DNA from: Octopus vulgaris
Lineage: Eukaryota
Assembly (NCBI GenBank): GCA_951406725.2
Contig: OX597822.1
Location: 71,796,001-71,860,000 of the forward strand
Direction: 5' to 3'
DNA length: 64,000 nucleotides
Made by a program: the position numbers and the translations under genes. This document shows positions 27,578 through 41,361 of this stretch, one piece after another; position 1 is the stretch's first letter; each line of letters starts with the position of its first letter. The notes beneath the pieces were generated by a model, which did no database searches, was not told where the DNA came from, and saw only the letters and a program-made list of their open reading frames with translations.

Positions 27578-27888
27578 AAGAAACATTGCAAATAACTGAA
27601 TGAAAGAAATGTTAAGACTGCAATTTCAATATATTATCCTGAAATGCATTTATTTATTCGTTTATATATTTATTTATTTATTTATTATTTCACTTTTTTT
27701 ATTATTCTCTTAAAACATGAAATTATATTGAAACACAATTGAATGCATTTTCAGAAAGGATCACATCACAGTTACACACACATACACAGGCGCGTGCACA
27801 CACATACACCCCCCCCCACACACACACATGTATATACTTTTACATTATACATCCATATGTATGCATATTTATACATGTACATACACCA

Positions 27889-27935
<47 letters not shown>

Positions 27936-28305
27936 GTATGTATATATATATTTATATATACATAAATGTATATAATTTTGCATTATGCACCTATATATAT
28001 GCATATTTATACATGTATATACACACATCAATTTATATATATATACTCAATTTGGTGAATGATTTTACAAGTGTGTATGCATGCATGTACGTATGTATGT
28101 ATGTATGTATGTATGTATGTATGTATGTATGTATGTATGTATGTATGTACGTATGCATGTATGTATGTATGTATGTGCAAGCTACATTTTAAGCGTATGC
28201 ATGTAGTTTTACACGAAATTATATTGAAACGCAATTGAATACATTTGCAGAAAGGATCACTCATTCTATGTATATATATTTTTGCTTGTGTATATATTCG
28301 TGATT

Positions 28306-28321
28306 AATAATAATAATAATG

Positions 28322-28415
<94 letters not shown>

Positions 28416-28434
28416 TAATAATAATAATAATAAT
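28306..28434. repeat. (AAT)n microsatellite; similar arrays at 4361-4508, 16790-16846, 17791-17868
   Basis: Direct reading. Confidence 0.98.
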
Positions 28435-31217
28435 ACACGCATACACACGCGTGTATGCAAACACATTCATACTGAAAGGCACATAAGTGTATGCAGTAAC
28501 AACATTTATTATTCAAGATGTTTGATGTTACTTCTCACCCTTCACAAGTGGATCATCATGGAACATTTATCAAAGAATATATTCTCGCATTGTTTAGAAC
28601 TTATTAATACATTTTTTTCGTTGTAAAAGATAAAAGAAATCGTATAAAAAAAACATAATAAACCAGAGCCACAATCAATACACCACAATACATCAACACA
28701 AGGAAAACTTCCTGAATGCTTAGTAATTATATTGAAATTAAAGACAGCATAGAGAATTTATTACACAAGTTTACAGAAATTGAATTTATTAGTTTACATT
28801 TTTCTTTTTAGCTTTTGTGGTTGAGGCGTAGTAAAAAGTTCTTGATATATAATGTGCTAGTCTCTTGGTTGGAAGATCATGAGTTCATACGCCACCAGTA
28901 GCTGCGTTTTCTCTGCTTGTCTCTCTCTCTCTGTCTGTCTGTCTCGATCTTTCTCTCTCCTGAGGTGGTGGGAGTTATTTTGTGTTTGTACTGCATGAAT
29001 TGAAAGTAGTGTCTGTGAATGAATAGGTACACCAGCATCGGTAGCCTAGCGGGGTGGAGAGTGGCGAAGGGTTAAGGACGCGAGGTGGGCAAGGGGGCGG
29101 TGGGGGTAAGGGGACAGGGGGAGGTCAAAGGATCGAAGGGGAGAAGGTGTGAGGGGGAAGAGGGAGAGGGGGCAAGGAGTAGGAAGGCGGTCTGTCTCGT
29201 GCGACGCTTTTATGCGTGTGCCACTTTTTGAATGTGCTGTATCAGCCTGCATACGCTTGGAAAACCGCGGCGGGGAAGGATGGGGGAGACGCGGCACACT
29301 CAGGAGCTGCCCCGAGTAGCACACACACACTCGTGTTACGTCACTGCACCTGCATGGTCATATGAGATTTAAGTATATTCAGTAGTTTTACAGAGTTCTT
29401 ATGCTTCATGAGGTTAATAAGCCTTGTGAAGTTAATAAACCTCAGGAGATTTGTGTTTAACAATAGGTTTTTAAGAGCATGAAACTTGTGCTCAGCACAA
29501 ATTTCATGCCATCAACAGGATGAGAGAAGAGTTATCTTCTCTTGAATAAAAAAAAAAAAACACCGGCCCAATGCTATGTGAACTGAGTTATGTAGATTCA
29601 AGTGGACGGCCTAAACTCAGAATGAGACGTAGACACCGTATATAATCTAAATATTTCTCGAACCAGTAGTTGACCAGTTCTTTACAATAAACGTTTTATA
29701 TGTAGAAAAAATTCTTATTTAAAATTCTTTTACTCGTCTCTTGTTTTGCAAGACTGCAGCCAATGCTTAGGGTGCCACCTTGAAGGCTTCAGCCAATCAA
29801 ATCGGTCCTAGAGCTAATTTTCTTTTCTTTTTCTTTTTTTTTTTTTATATTTTATTAATTTTTTGTAAGTCTGGTAGATTTGGCTGCTTCTCGTGAGTCG
29901 CACAACTGCGTAGAAGCCATTTCAATGGCTTGTATTGAAGTTGGTTTTACGGCTATTTATAGTTTTGTCTCAATTTGTCTGGTATTTTATATTGCTGTTT
30001 AGCGGCGATCATTTCCGCCAGATATTAACTCTACTTGCTACGTGTTAACTTGTTGTTGCTGTTGTCGCAGGTTTAGCCCCAGGTCAACACTGATCGAGCG
30101 GAGCTATCTATGACCAAAGACATTCCAAGTACGACCATACTATGTTTTGGGTGGAAATTAGAACTACAGAATCAAATATGCACTCTCCTTAAAGAAAATG
30201 ACAACGTGCGATGAGGGAGATCTGGGCGCTATTTCTTGCAGGTTGAGTGATCGTGTAAAGGCTACTTCGTGGACTCATAGTTGGTTAAATGATTTCTGTT
30301 AAGAAAGCTTTTTTTTATGGGGATAAGAACGATGCAATCAATTGTTTCCTCCTCCTCCTCCTCCTCTTCCTCCTCCTCCTTCCTTACAATTTTCAACATT
30401 GAGCTAATGTGAAACATCAATTTTTAGTGTTGCCTCGACGAAAAAAATCTGTCCTTGAATTTGCGTGCATAACATTTCTAGCAATATTAACCAGTGGGTT
30501 TTATTATTATTATTATTATTTTTTTTTTATTTTTATTTGGCCACAAGATTTATTATTCGTAGTTTCAGTGATTTATGTAATAAAAATATATATATATATA
30601 ACGGGGTATTCATAGCTAGAATTGGCTTTCATCATAGAACTCTGCGCAATCAATATTGCTCTTTTCGATCAATATGGTTCTGCAGATTAAATCAACGTAA
30701 AAATATACTCTTGGTACTTATTTTATGAAAGACAAAGTAAACTTCAACTTTTATGAAAGACAAAGTTAACTTCGACCAGAATTGAAATCAGCATGGAAAA
30801 CAACGTAACAACAATGGTAAAGTACGTTTTTAGTCCGACTCTTGGCTGGTTTACAAAACCCGTGTTTCTTTTTCTTAATACTAAGACATTGCAAATGGAA
30901 GATGACAAGAGACAGCTTGGCAATCTACCTATCTGTCTATCTATCTATCGATCGATTTATCTATCGCTTTATATGTCTAGCTATCGATTTATCTATCTAT
31001 CTATCTGTCTATCTATCTATCTGTCTATCTATCTGTAAGTATGTATGTATGTATGTATATATGTATATATACACAGGCATAAATACATACATACACACAG
31101 ACATATATATATACATGCACACACACAAAAACAAACATACATACATACATACATACATGCATGCATGCATGCATACATACATACATACATACATACATAC
31201 ATACATACATACATACA

Positions 31218-31250
<33 letters not shown>

Positions 31251-31416
31251 TTTGAAATGCATTAATAGATTTGGGATGTTGGCACGTAATACCAGACTTC
31301 TCTTTCAGCTGAAACAATCTCGAAAATAAGGTTGAGAATTCATTTACGTTTTACCAACCAGCATGCGCACACGTGCGTATACATGTGGACGCCTGCACAC
31401 ACACACACGCACACAT

Positions 31417-31450
<34 letters not shown>

Positions 31451-33640
31451 GCGCGCGCGCGCACGCACGCACATCATATTTATTTAATAGGGAGTTGGGA
31501 TAGATGACTAGAAAATGTCATGGAAAAATCAAAAACAAAGAAAACATCTAATTTATAAGTAGTTGGCTATTTCAAACTCGCCTGTTGCTTCTACCCTACC
31601 ATTAGTGTCACAAGCGCTGATATTACAAATTAACATACATACAAGCAGCGCAATGGCTATTTCCTAACTACCAATAATTTACCTAGCTGCGGCTAAACAT
31701 ATATTTAACGATTTATTAAATTGCATCCTTCACTTTTATAGCCAGATACTTTCGTCTTAGCTACACGTGAATCAGAGTTATTTTAAGTTGTCGTGGCACG
31801 CAGCCAGATTTTATTTCAGTGTCAACAGTACTCTTTCTTCGATATCTTTCTTGTTATTTGTTTTTATACTTCAAAATCTATTGGTATATCTTAGCTTAAT
31901 TCTACGGGGAAACTAAGTTAAAAATATACAAAAACTATCTTAATTAAAATGCTATCTTCTCTCAACAAGAAAAGAAGAAAGAATTGGTTGTCGGCTTCTT
32001 GGTCTCTTAGGTAATTTTATTCCAGGATATGTCTTCAGAAACAGGACTTCAAAATAGAATTTTTTTATACTTGATTCAGCATTTTTTATTTAAGAGATCT
32101 TTAACACATTCCGTTTGAAGATAGGGCGAACTAAATGGAGAAAGAAGTATACTCCGTTAAGCCGAGACAACGAGAAAACCTCGACGTGGTTTCTCAACTC
32201 GCTAGAAATCTCCCTCAAAACACATCCTACGTATTACAAAAGGAACTGACACAGGTAATTTTATCTAGTATATACCTAATAAGATGGGATAGTCATTGCT
32301 GGAATGCTTTCGATTATATATCTGTTCGATCAGAGTTGACCTGTGGCTAAACAACAACAGCAATAACAAATTCGATCATGTACGTCAATAGATGTTTGGA
32401 AAAGACATGCAATTATCCATTACACTTCCGGTTTCTCTCTCCCTTATGGAGGGTAATTTTTAAAATTGATATCATTTAAATACTAATACTGTATTTAATG
32501 ACATGTAAGACGCATCCCCACCCCCGCCAAAATATGTCTCAAAAACCTGCCCGGGATCCTATATGATTTAATGCACCAAAATCATTTTCCGGTATATGCG
32601 CTACTGAAATTGAAGTGCGTCTTACATGCCTACGTGTCTTTTATGCCATCCAATATGTTATTTTTAAAAATTGATCTTGTGCCTGGCAAAGAAATCAATA
32701 TCATCGAAGTTGCTGTAAATATTTTAACCATACTTGGTTTGATGAAAATCTATTGGTAAACCTTAGCTTAATTCAATGGATGTGGGTAAGTAAAAAAAAA
32801 TATCGTAATTAAAATGCCTCTTTCTTAAGAGTGTTAGCAAGGTGAAATTGAGAATAAAAACACCCCAGTCCTCTTTGGTTCTCTATGAACTTTATCTCAT
32901 CTTCCACAATCCTCGCGGTTTTAATCATATTAATTCTAAAGTTTTAGCGGGGAATGTTTTAGGGTCAATAAAGAACACCATAGTTCATAACAGGTACTTA
33001 TTTTATTGACTCCTGAAGGATCAAAAACTAAGTAGTTAAGATTCGAAATCAAAACGTTAAGAGGCGTAAATAAATACCATTTGGCATTTTGTATGCTGCA
33101 CTACCAATTCTTCCAAACTATCCCATTCCCTATTTTTAACCTACTGGAAACGAATAACCAATGCTTCATATCAGGGGAAAATATATTTAAAAGGTAAGTT
33201 ACTAACGCTCTTTAAATCGTTCCTTTTGTACAAAAGGCCTTGCATTTTAGAAGAGAAGAATTGGCTTGTTGTGACCTTCATACGTGTCTCCCATGAAAAA
33301 AAAGGAAACGGGATATATAATTCTATTTAGGTAACTCTAACACGAAATCTAACCGTACCACAACGAATCTGATAAATAAACTGACAAAATACGTTTTGTA
33401 AGTTATCCGTTTTTTCCTTTCAAATATGGAAGAGTTTGAAAAATTTTTTGTTCTTATTTCGTTTTTGCACAGTCAGCAACTATTTGAAATTCCTTTTTCA
33501 TTCTTATCAAGCAATTTTCACTATCGGCTGAACGTGAAAACAAAATCCTGAATTTTAAGATTTTTTGTTTTTTGTGATCCAAATCATTGAATATCGCAGT
33601 ATTACACTAACTGTGTGTGTATGTTTGTGTGCGTGCGTGC

Positions 33641-33719
<79 letters not shown>

Positions 33720-33724
33720 TGTGT

Positions 33725-33764
<40 letters not shown>

Positions 33765-34036
33765 ATGTATAAGCTGCTGGTGTATTTTGATATTTCTGAA
33801 ACAAAAACTGAATTGATTAATAAAATTAATCAATTCTGCCTATTGGAAAACACAAATCTATTGTAGAGGGAAGAAAAACAAAATAGAAAGCCTAGTTATG
33901 TAAAATAAAAACTCGAATGGCGCCTCACGAAAAGTTATATCATAAATGCTTTCCATACATATTTTTTCTGTTCTTGAAGTTTGAAGTTTGCTGTTTGAAC
34001 AACACAGCAGGAATGCTCCTTCCCTCTCTTACACAT

Positions 34037-34090
<54 letters not shown>

Positions 34091-34699
34091 TATATACATG
34101 CTTATGTGTGAGTGTATATATATATGTGTGTGTCTGTGTGCATATGTATACATACACACACACATACACGCATTTATATATATATATTTATTTATATATT
34201 TATATATATATATATGGAAAATAAAATTTATTTATTTTCCACCATGAATGTCCAGTTGTTCGATTGCTGCAAGTGGCTGAGTATTCCGAAGACACATGTA
34301 CCTTAATTGTAATTCTCAGGCGCAATCAGTAGGATAGGGCTGGGCCTTTGAATTTCGGATACAATCCATTTAACGGGCTCCTACGCAGTTTCCATTTCAC
34401 TATATAGCCTCGACTCGAGAGACAATATAGTGACGAATGTCTCGCAGCAAGTTCGAATCGAAACCGGAACATCATGAATGAGAAGCGAACTTCTTAACCA
34501 ATCGGCCATGCAGTGCCTACTATACATATATATTATATATATATATGGAATAAAAGCAGATTGAAGGTGAGTTACCTCGCCTGTCCATGATTCTCAGGTG
34601 TTTTAACATCCGGCGCTTTTAGAGTGTATGTACTCCACCACGCTATTGCAGCCACCGGAAAATACACGATGCATATTCAGTAAGTATATGTAGTTAATA

Positions 34700-34776
<77 letters not shown>

Positions 34777-35434
34777 TGCGTGTGTGAGGAGGTCGGGAGA
34801 GAGAGAGAGATAAATGGTGATTTCCGATGAAATCTTTCGTTCTAAGATTTGGTTCGTTCTGTGTAATTTTTTTTACTTTCCTTGTTAAATAGTTATTATT
34901 ACTTTTTTTTTTTTTTTAGTTGCTTCAGACTGTGAATTGCGGCTAAGCGCGATCGATGCGATCATATTGTTGAAACTAAAATACGAACACTGTTTTTAGA
35001 TCAACTCGTCCCGATTAATGTCGCAGCATGATTTTAAAAGTACCACCAAAATAAGTTTTTAGTTTGAAAACATTTGATAAAGACGATCATGATTATTTTT
35101 TATAAATAAGTCATTAGAATGAGGGCCACAACATGATATTCACAGCAAACAAATATAAACGAGAAATCTTTCTCCAGGAAAAAGGATGTATCATATGTTG
35201 AGTGTGCTCCCCTATCTTCATTTTTTTTTTGTTTTATAATTGTTTGTCACAGAAGGTTATATGGTTGCCAAATGCTCCGAAATGGTGATTGAGGACCGCT
35301 GCTTTCGATTAACTATCTAGTTAAAATTGGATCATATGCTATGACATATGTTTAGAATACAAAGATATTGTTGTTACGGATATTTGATATATAAGTTACA
35401 TTAGTATGTTCCTATTTTAAAATGCATTTGTATG

Positions 35435-35485
<51 letters not shown>

Positions 35486-35598
35486 CTGCTCGCTTAGCCA
35501 GCGGGGTGGCGTCATTTGAAGGCTAAAACAATGCAAAGCGCATTGTGACCAGCGATGTGTAGCAACATCCGATAGCCTGGTCGGTCACGGTGATCACG

Positions 35599-35643
<45 letters not shown>

Positions 35644-36413
35644 GCGTGTCTGTATTTGTGTAAGTGGGTGAATGAAAGAGAGTGAAAGAGAGCAGTTTTG
35701 TGTACTCAATTTGTAATTGTATACTGTTCGTTTGTGTGTTTGCATAATAAAAAGGTAATGGTGGCATAAGAAAAAAAAATGATTTTAAAAATGTGTTCCG
35801 TAGTTTTGTTAACTTTGAAATGTATACAGGTTTTATGTCGAGAGATTGTAGGATCGCACTAGGACTTGGCTCCGTCGTTTAACTGGAGGAGACAAATGGT
35901 GTAGAATTAAAACTTGTAATTATCTACGGAATAGTCTGTAGTCGAATAATAATTTGGGATGTAAAAAGTTGTAAAAGATTGTTTCCGAACTTTTATCTAT
36001 CTCCTCATAATGATGGTGATGATGATGATGAAGGCGTTTTCTTTTAAAGAAGTGCAATGTCATTTTGTTTTAAATGGTGGTGGGCAAGGCATTTTAGTTG
36101 ACCGAATCGATCTGTATGATACTGATAGTTAATATGATCGAACCAGCTGGGATGTAAGGCGAAGTCGAATGGAACTGAAGTACGTAAAGCATCTGACTTA
36201 ATATGCATTGAAAGGCGAATCAATCTCTCTTCTACTGTGTGCACAATGTCCACCTACATCAACAGCACCACCATCACCACCAACATCATCACCACCGCCA
36301 CCATCACCACTACGGCCAGCTTCACTAACAACAGCAGCAGCCCAGCAATACCATATCGATTTGTTGTTGTTTATTTTAGTATGGCATCTCTTCTGAAAAA
36401 AAACTTGTATCGT

Positions 36414-39008
36414 TTACTTTGTTTTCTTTGTGTTCTTTTTGTGTTTTTCTCCTCCGCCATATTCGATCTGAATCGATAAGTTTGAAGGGTTTTGATTCTG
36501 TTTATTACCATCAATGTAATTTATGGCTATATTTTCCAGCAAAGTAATTTTGTTACAGCATTCGTAGATGAATCGACCAACCATTTTACGCCGTTTCCTC
36601 CCATTGATTTTCATGTTGATATAGTCATTACGGTTCTGGCTTCTGAATGACTTCAAATACTCGTAATGATTGGAATCATCTGATAACTGACCATCACTAA
36701 GCCTTGTATATTTCAAAAGATTTATATTACCGTCTTTTATTTCTGTGGCATAGGCCCGGTGCATGGGGTGAACATAGATACCATCTTCATATGTATTCGA
36801 TTTGTTTTGAACAATTTTCAATATTTCTGAAGCTCTATTAAATGCATCCTGTGACATAATCATTTTCGCCTCGCGTTTAGTCTTTCCTCTGATCGACCTT
36901 AGAATGTCAATATGTCTTGGACGATTATTTTCTGTCATTGTAACTGGAATTTGCTTTCGTTCACTCGATACAATGTGCTCTGGTTTCTTCTCTCGTCTGT
37001 CAGCATCTTTGGTAGTCACATTCGTTTCTATTTCTAGAGAATCGAGTTTCGTAGTTTGATTTGGTTTCGCTGAAAATGCGTCGATGTTTTCGTCTGAAGA
37101 AACTTCAGCTCCAATATATGTTGGTGTTTCCATCGTATTTTTATCTGCCATAGAAAAGGTTTTTATATCATGACTTTGTATATCAGTTAATTTCTTTGTT
37201 GGAACGTGGTTTTCTACAGCTTCAAATTCTGTTACTTTCACTTTATTTTCTTCCTGGACTTTTGAGAGTTCTGTGGCAATTTTGGGACTTCCCATTGGTT
37301 CTTTAGAACTTTCTTCAGCGGGTTCATTCACAATCGTTTCTATAAGTTTTTCCCCTTTTACTGTCATATCAACAACATTATTGTCTTCATTTTCCAACAA
37401 TAACATTTCTTCCTTTTGAACTACAACCGTTTGGTTTTCTACCAAAGGTGCAACAGCTACCATGTTTTCAAGCAAACCACTATCTTCCCTGGACGGAAGA
37501 CATTTCTCGGGAAACGATGTTTCCGTTTCATTTGGAATATTCATCTTAAAATTTTCAGATTGTTCGATAGAAGTCATCATCGGTTTTGATGAAGTAGAAA
37601 TTCCAAATTCTTCGACCTGTACGTCAACTTGTTCAAATAAAACGGTAGAATCATTATCTTTGGGTGTCCCAACAATATTACCATCGGTTTCCACGTTTCC
37701 TTTCTCGACAATCTCAATGTGTTCTGATACTGTCATATTGTTTACGGTTGCGTTTTGCACATCTAATTCTTCAGTTATTTCCACAGTTGTTCTCTCTTCT
37801 AATATTTTGTCTCCTCCAATTGTTTCAGTTTTTAATGTAAATTGATTAAAAGAAACGACTTCAGGTTTCTCTTCAAGGATTTCCTGTGAGCTATCTGCAT
37901 CTCCAACAGAAAATACGGACGGTTTTTCAATTATTTCGGAATTAACATTTTCAACATTTCCTATTTCTTCAAAACAAGATAATGCAGATGTTGAAATATT
38001 TTTCAGATTCTCTTCGAGTTCTTCAACTTTTTCACATGTAGGTTCTGTAGAAAACTCTGCTACTTTCTGAGACGAAACATGGATATAATCAGGAGCAACT
38101 TCTGTTTCGGTGTATGAACCACATACACCTTCGACGCCAGTGCGGAAATTCAAATCACCTTCTGATAAGTTAGGTTCTGTAGAAAACTCTGCTACTTTCT
38201 GAGTCGAAACTTGAATATAATCAGGAGCAACTTCTGTTTCGGTGTATGAACCACATACACCTTCGATACCAGTGCGGAAATTCAAATCACCTTCTGATAA
38301 GTTAGGTTCTGTAGAAAACTCTGCTACTTTCTGAGTCGAAACTTGGATATAATCAGGAGCAACTTCTGTTTCGGTGTATGAACCACATACACCTTCGACG
38401 CCAGTGCGGAAATTCAAATCACCTTCTGATAAGTTAGTAAGATTTCCTGTGATATCTTCCTGTGATTCCTCAGAATTAAGCACGTGTGTATCAGTTACTA
38501 CAGGAAAAATATTTTCAGATAACTCTACTGAACTTTGTTTCTGATCTATTAAAATGGCATCCTGAATGTCCTCACCAGATTCTGTGTCACATTTCGCCGA
38601 CGATGTATTCATAAGTTTTACTTCTTCGATATTTTCTGGTTTAAAACTAACCCCATCACTGTTGCTTCCATCAGCTAATTCGCTGAAAGTGTTGTTAACT
38701 ACAGGAACATAAATTTGCGAATCCATCGCTTCGTTCAAAGCCGATTGTAAGGAATTAGATTCAACATTAGACAGGGCATTTGGATATGAAGTGTCTGTTG
38801 TATTACTTTCTGTATACAGTGTGTCCTGCAGTTGGCAGGCTTCAGTGGAAATATTTCCATTGATTTCCATTGTCGTACTTGGTTGTCCAATCACGGTTGA
38901 TTTAACAGAAATATCCTGGTTGTACCCTTCTAGATTTGTCATAGACTTCTCATCATTTACCTCGGTCTCAGTTTTAACATTGTTCACAAATTCGTTATCC
39001 ATATCCAT
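36414..39008 (-). CDS. Intronless 864-aa protein: long Glu/Asp/Ser/Thr-rich N-terminal region with 3x44-aa repeats, basic segment, C-terminal degenerate NUMOD4-like/HNH (HNH_3-type) module
   Basis: 2.6-kb uninterrupted non-microsatellite ORF in stop-rich DNA; aaaATGG start context; AATAAA on minus strand at 36370-36375; C-terminus GIYVHPMHRAYA..KDGNI..MVGRFIYECCN..INYIDGNKQNQNPSNL resembles VHRxVxExF..(D/N)HxDGNKxNNxxxNL. Confidence 0.8.
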   Translation of the reverse strand: MDMDNEFVNNVKTETEVNDEKSMTNLEGYNQDISVKSTVIGQPSTTMEINGNISTEACQLQDTLYTESNTTDTSYPNALSNVESNSLQSALNEAMDSQIYVPVVNNTFSELADGSNSDGVSFKPENIEEVKLMNTSSAKCDTESGEDIQDAILIDQKQSSVELSENIFPVVTDTHVLNSEESQEDITGNLTNLSEGDLNFRTGVEGVCGSYTETEVAPDYIQVSTQKVAEFSTEPNLSEGDLNFRTGIEGVCGSYTETEVAPDYIQVSTQKVAEFSTEPNLSEGDLNFRTGVEGVCGSYTETEVAPDYIHVSSQKVAEFSTEPTCEKVEELEENLKNISTSALSCFEEIGNVENVNSEIIEKPSVFSVGDADSSQEILEEKPEVVSFNQFTLKTETIGGDKILEERTTVEITEELDVQNATVNNMTVSEHIEIVEKGNVETDGNIVGTPKDNDSTVLFEQVDVQVEEFGISTSSKPMMTSIEQSENFKMNIPNETETSFPEKCLPSREDSGLLENMVAVAPLVENQTVVVQKEEMLLLENEDNNVVDMTVKGEKLIETIVNEPAEESSKEPMGSPKIATELSKVQEENKVKVTEFEAVENHVPTKKLTDIQSHDIKTFSMADKNTMETPTYIGAEVSSDENIDAFSAKPNQTTKLDSLEIETNVTTKDADRREKKPEHIVSSERKQIPVTMTENNRPRHIDILRSIRGKTKREAKMIMSQDAFNRASEILKIVQNKSNTYEDGIYVHPMHRAYATEIKDGNINLLKYTRLSDGQLSDDSNHYEYLKSFRSQNRNDYINMKINGRKRRKMVGRFIYECCNKITLLENIAINYIDGNKQNQNPSNLSIQIEYGGGEKHKKNTKKTK
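38041..38436 (-). repeat. Three near-identical 132-bp (44-aa) in-frame tandem repeats within the 864-aa ORF
   Basis: ggttctgtagaaaactctg recurs at 38041, 38173 and 38305; unit NLSEGDLNFRTGVEGVCGSYTETEVAPDYIQVSTQKVAEFSTEP. Confidence 0.97.
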
Positions 39009-39479
39009 TTTATGTTATTTATAAAATTTAATTGATGTTATTATTATTATTATTATCGTTGTTTCATAAATCAATGTCTTTTTCTTTTTTTTTTTTTGTT
39101 TTCTAAATGTCTTCACACAAAAAGTATTTTATAAATAATATTCGATATAAAAAGGATAATTTCTTAATGACACAGAGCTCTTCTGCGCAAGTAGATTTAA
39201 GAATCTTGCCAAGGGACTTGATGCAATACATACAAAAGGACACTAAATTAAATCAATAATAATGATTTGTCGAAAGCAATCTATATAAATATAACTGTTT
39301 CTGCAGTGGCCACAGGGTGTCTAGAGAAACGAAACGGTGTTAATTGATAAAGTCAAAAAGTTTTATGTTCAATAGAGACAGAAAAAATGATACAAAAAAA
39401 AAATTAAGTTTCGATTATGAGAGTGAAATAATTTTGGTGAGAAAAATATTCAAAAATATTCATAACAGCAACACCAACA

Positions 39480-39525
<46 letters not shown>

Positions 39526-41361
39526 TTAATAATCAATTAATAATAACAGTAGTAATGATAATAAATTTTACAGAAATACCGATAAATTCTCAAGGCGTTG
39601 TCACGAAAGTCTGTGTACAAGATTCCAAAATTTAAAATGGTAGTTTTGTTATTTATGTTTTTTTAAAATTTTTTGTTCTTGTTTTTTTTTTCGTTCTCTT
39701 TGTTTGGGTTTTTTTGATTTTTTTGTTGTTGTTGTTTTTTTCTTCAAAATTTATCCTTTTATATTTCTCTGTCGTAGATATCGTTGTTTAGTTTAATGCT
39801 GAAAGTTAAACTTTTCCTTCGTGAGATCTTTTTAAAATCTTCCTTTAAATTGTAAATGGGCTGCAACAAGCTGTAACGTTTTTATCCACAATATTTTGCT
39901 TTCTTACTTCTTTTTTTTTTTTTTGGATATCACAAAATATTTAAAGAAAGAACGAATTAAGAAAAAAAATTCAACAAAAAATATTTTTGTTGTTGGTGTT
40001 AGTGGTAGTGATATCAACTAATTAATCCGCACGCACGCATTTATGTATGAACGTCTGTAAACCACGCATGGGTGAATGTAGTCGGCGATCAAGTTAGACT
40101 CTGTCAGTTTCAGCGGAGACGCGGCAGTCAGAAAAGTGCATTTGTATGGCTAAGAACCACGTACACTCCACTTAGGTTTCTTATCACCGACTGACTCACT
40201 CACACCATTGCTGCCTCTCTTAGTTATATAAATATATGAGTGTGTGCAAAGATCTACTATCACCACCACCACTACTTCACGTATGTAATTTGATTCTAAA
40301 TGCCTAGTTATGAAGAGGGAGGCGGGATATGATTGCATAGATTTCAACCCGATGGCTGCCTCTGTTTCTATATCTTGATAAGAAAAAGGCACACACCATT
40401 AAAACAAGTAGTGCGACGACTCTACGATACGGTTTCGATTTCTGGTTAGAACCCACTTCGTTTCAAAACAGGTTAAATATTCTTGAGAAATAAACGAAAC
40501 TTGAAATTTCCCTATCTTCTACCTTTTCCCTTTTACCTGTTTAAATCATTGAATGCGGCCATGCTGCAGCACCGCCTTGAAGAGTTTAGTCGAACGAATC
40601 GACTCTAGTACTTTTATATATTTATTTGACTCTTTGTTGATATTTTTTTTCAATCTTGTACTTATTCTATCGGTTTCTTTTTGCCGAGCTACTAAGTTAT
40701 GGGAAGGTAAACAAACTAACACCGGTTGTTTAACGGTGGTGGGAGGCAAACACAGACAGACACACACACACATAGACACATACACAACATACATACATAC
40801 ATACATACATACATACATACATACATACATACATACATTCACAACATACATACATACGTACATGCAAGCATGCATGCACACATATACATACATACACATA
40901 TATACACACACATATAAACATACATACATATATATGTATATATATGTGTGTGTGTGTGTGTGTGGAGGCGCAATGGCCCAGTGGTTAGGGCAGCGGACTC
41001 GCGGTTTCGATTCCCAGACCGGGCGTTGTGTTTGTTTATTGAGCGAAAACACCTAAAAGCTCCACGAGGCTCCGGCAGGGGCTGGTGGTGACCCTTGTTG
41101 TACTCTTTCGCCACAACTTTCTCTCACTCTCTCTTTCTGTTTCTTGAGTAACGCTGCGATGGACTGGCGTCCCGTCCAGCTGGGGGGAACACATACGCCA
41201 CAGAAACTGAGAAACCGGGCCCATGAGCCTGGTTAGGCTTGAAAAGGGCGAAAAAACAAATACATATATATAGTTGAAATTTATAGAAAAACAAAAGACG
41301 AAGACGGGTGTATGAACAACAAGCAGGTGTATTAGCTTGATGCTCGGAAAAATGAAAACAT

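Noticed and set aside
37462-37845. Plus-strand ORFs overlapping the 864-aa gene (and similar ones over the PTP gene)
   Set aside because: Antisense shadows of real coding sequence with no independent motifs.
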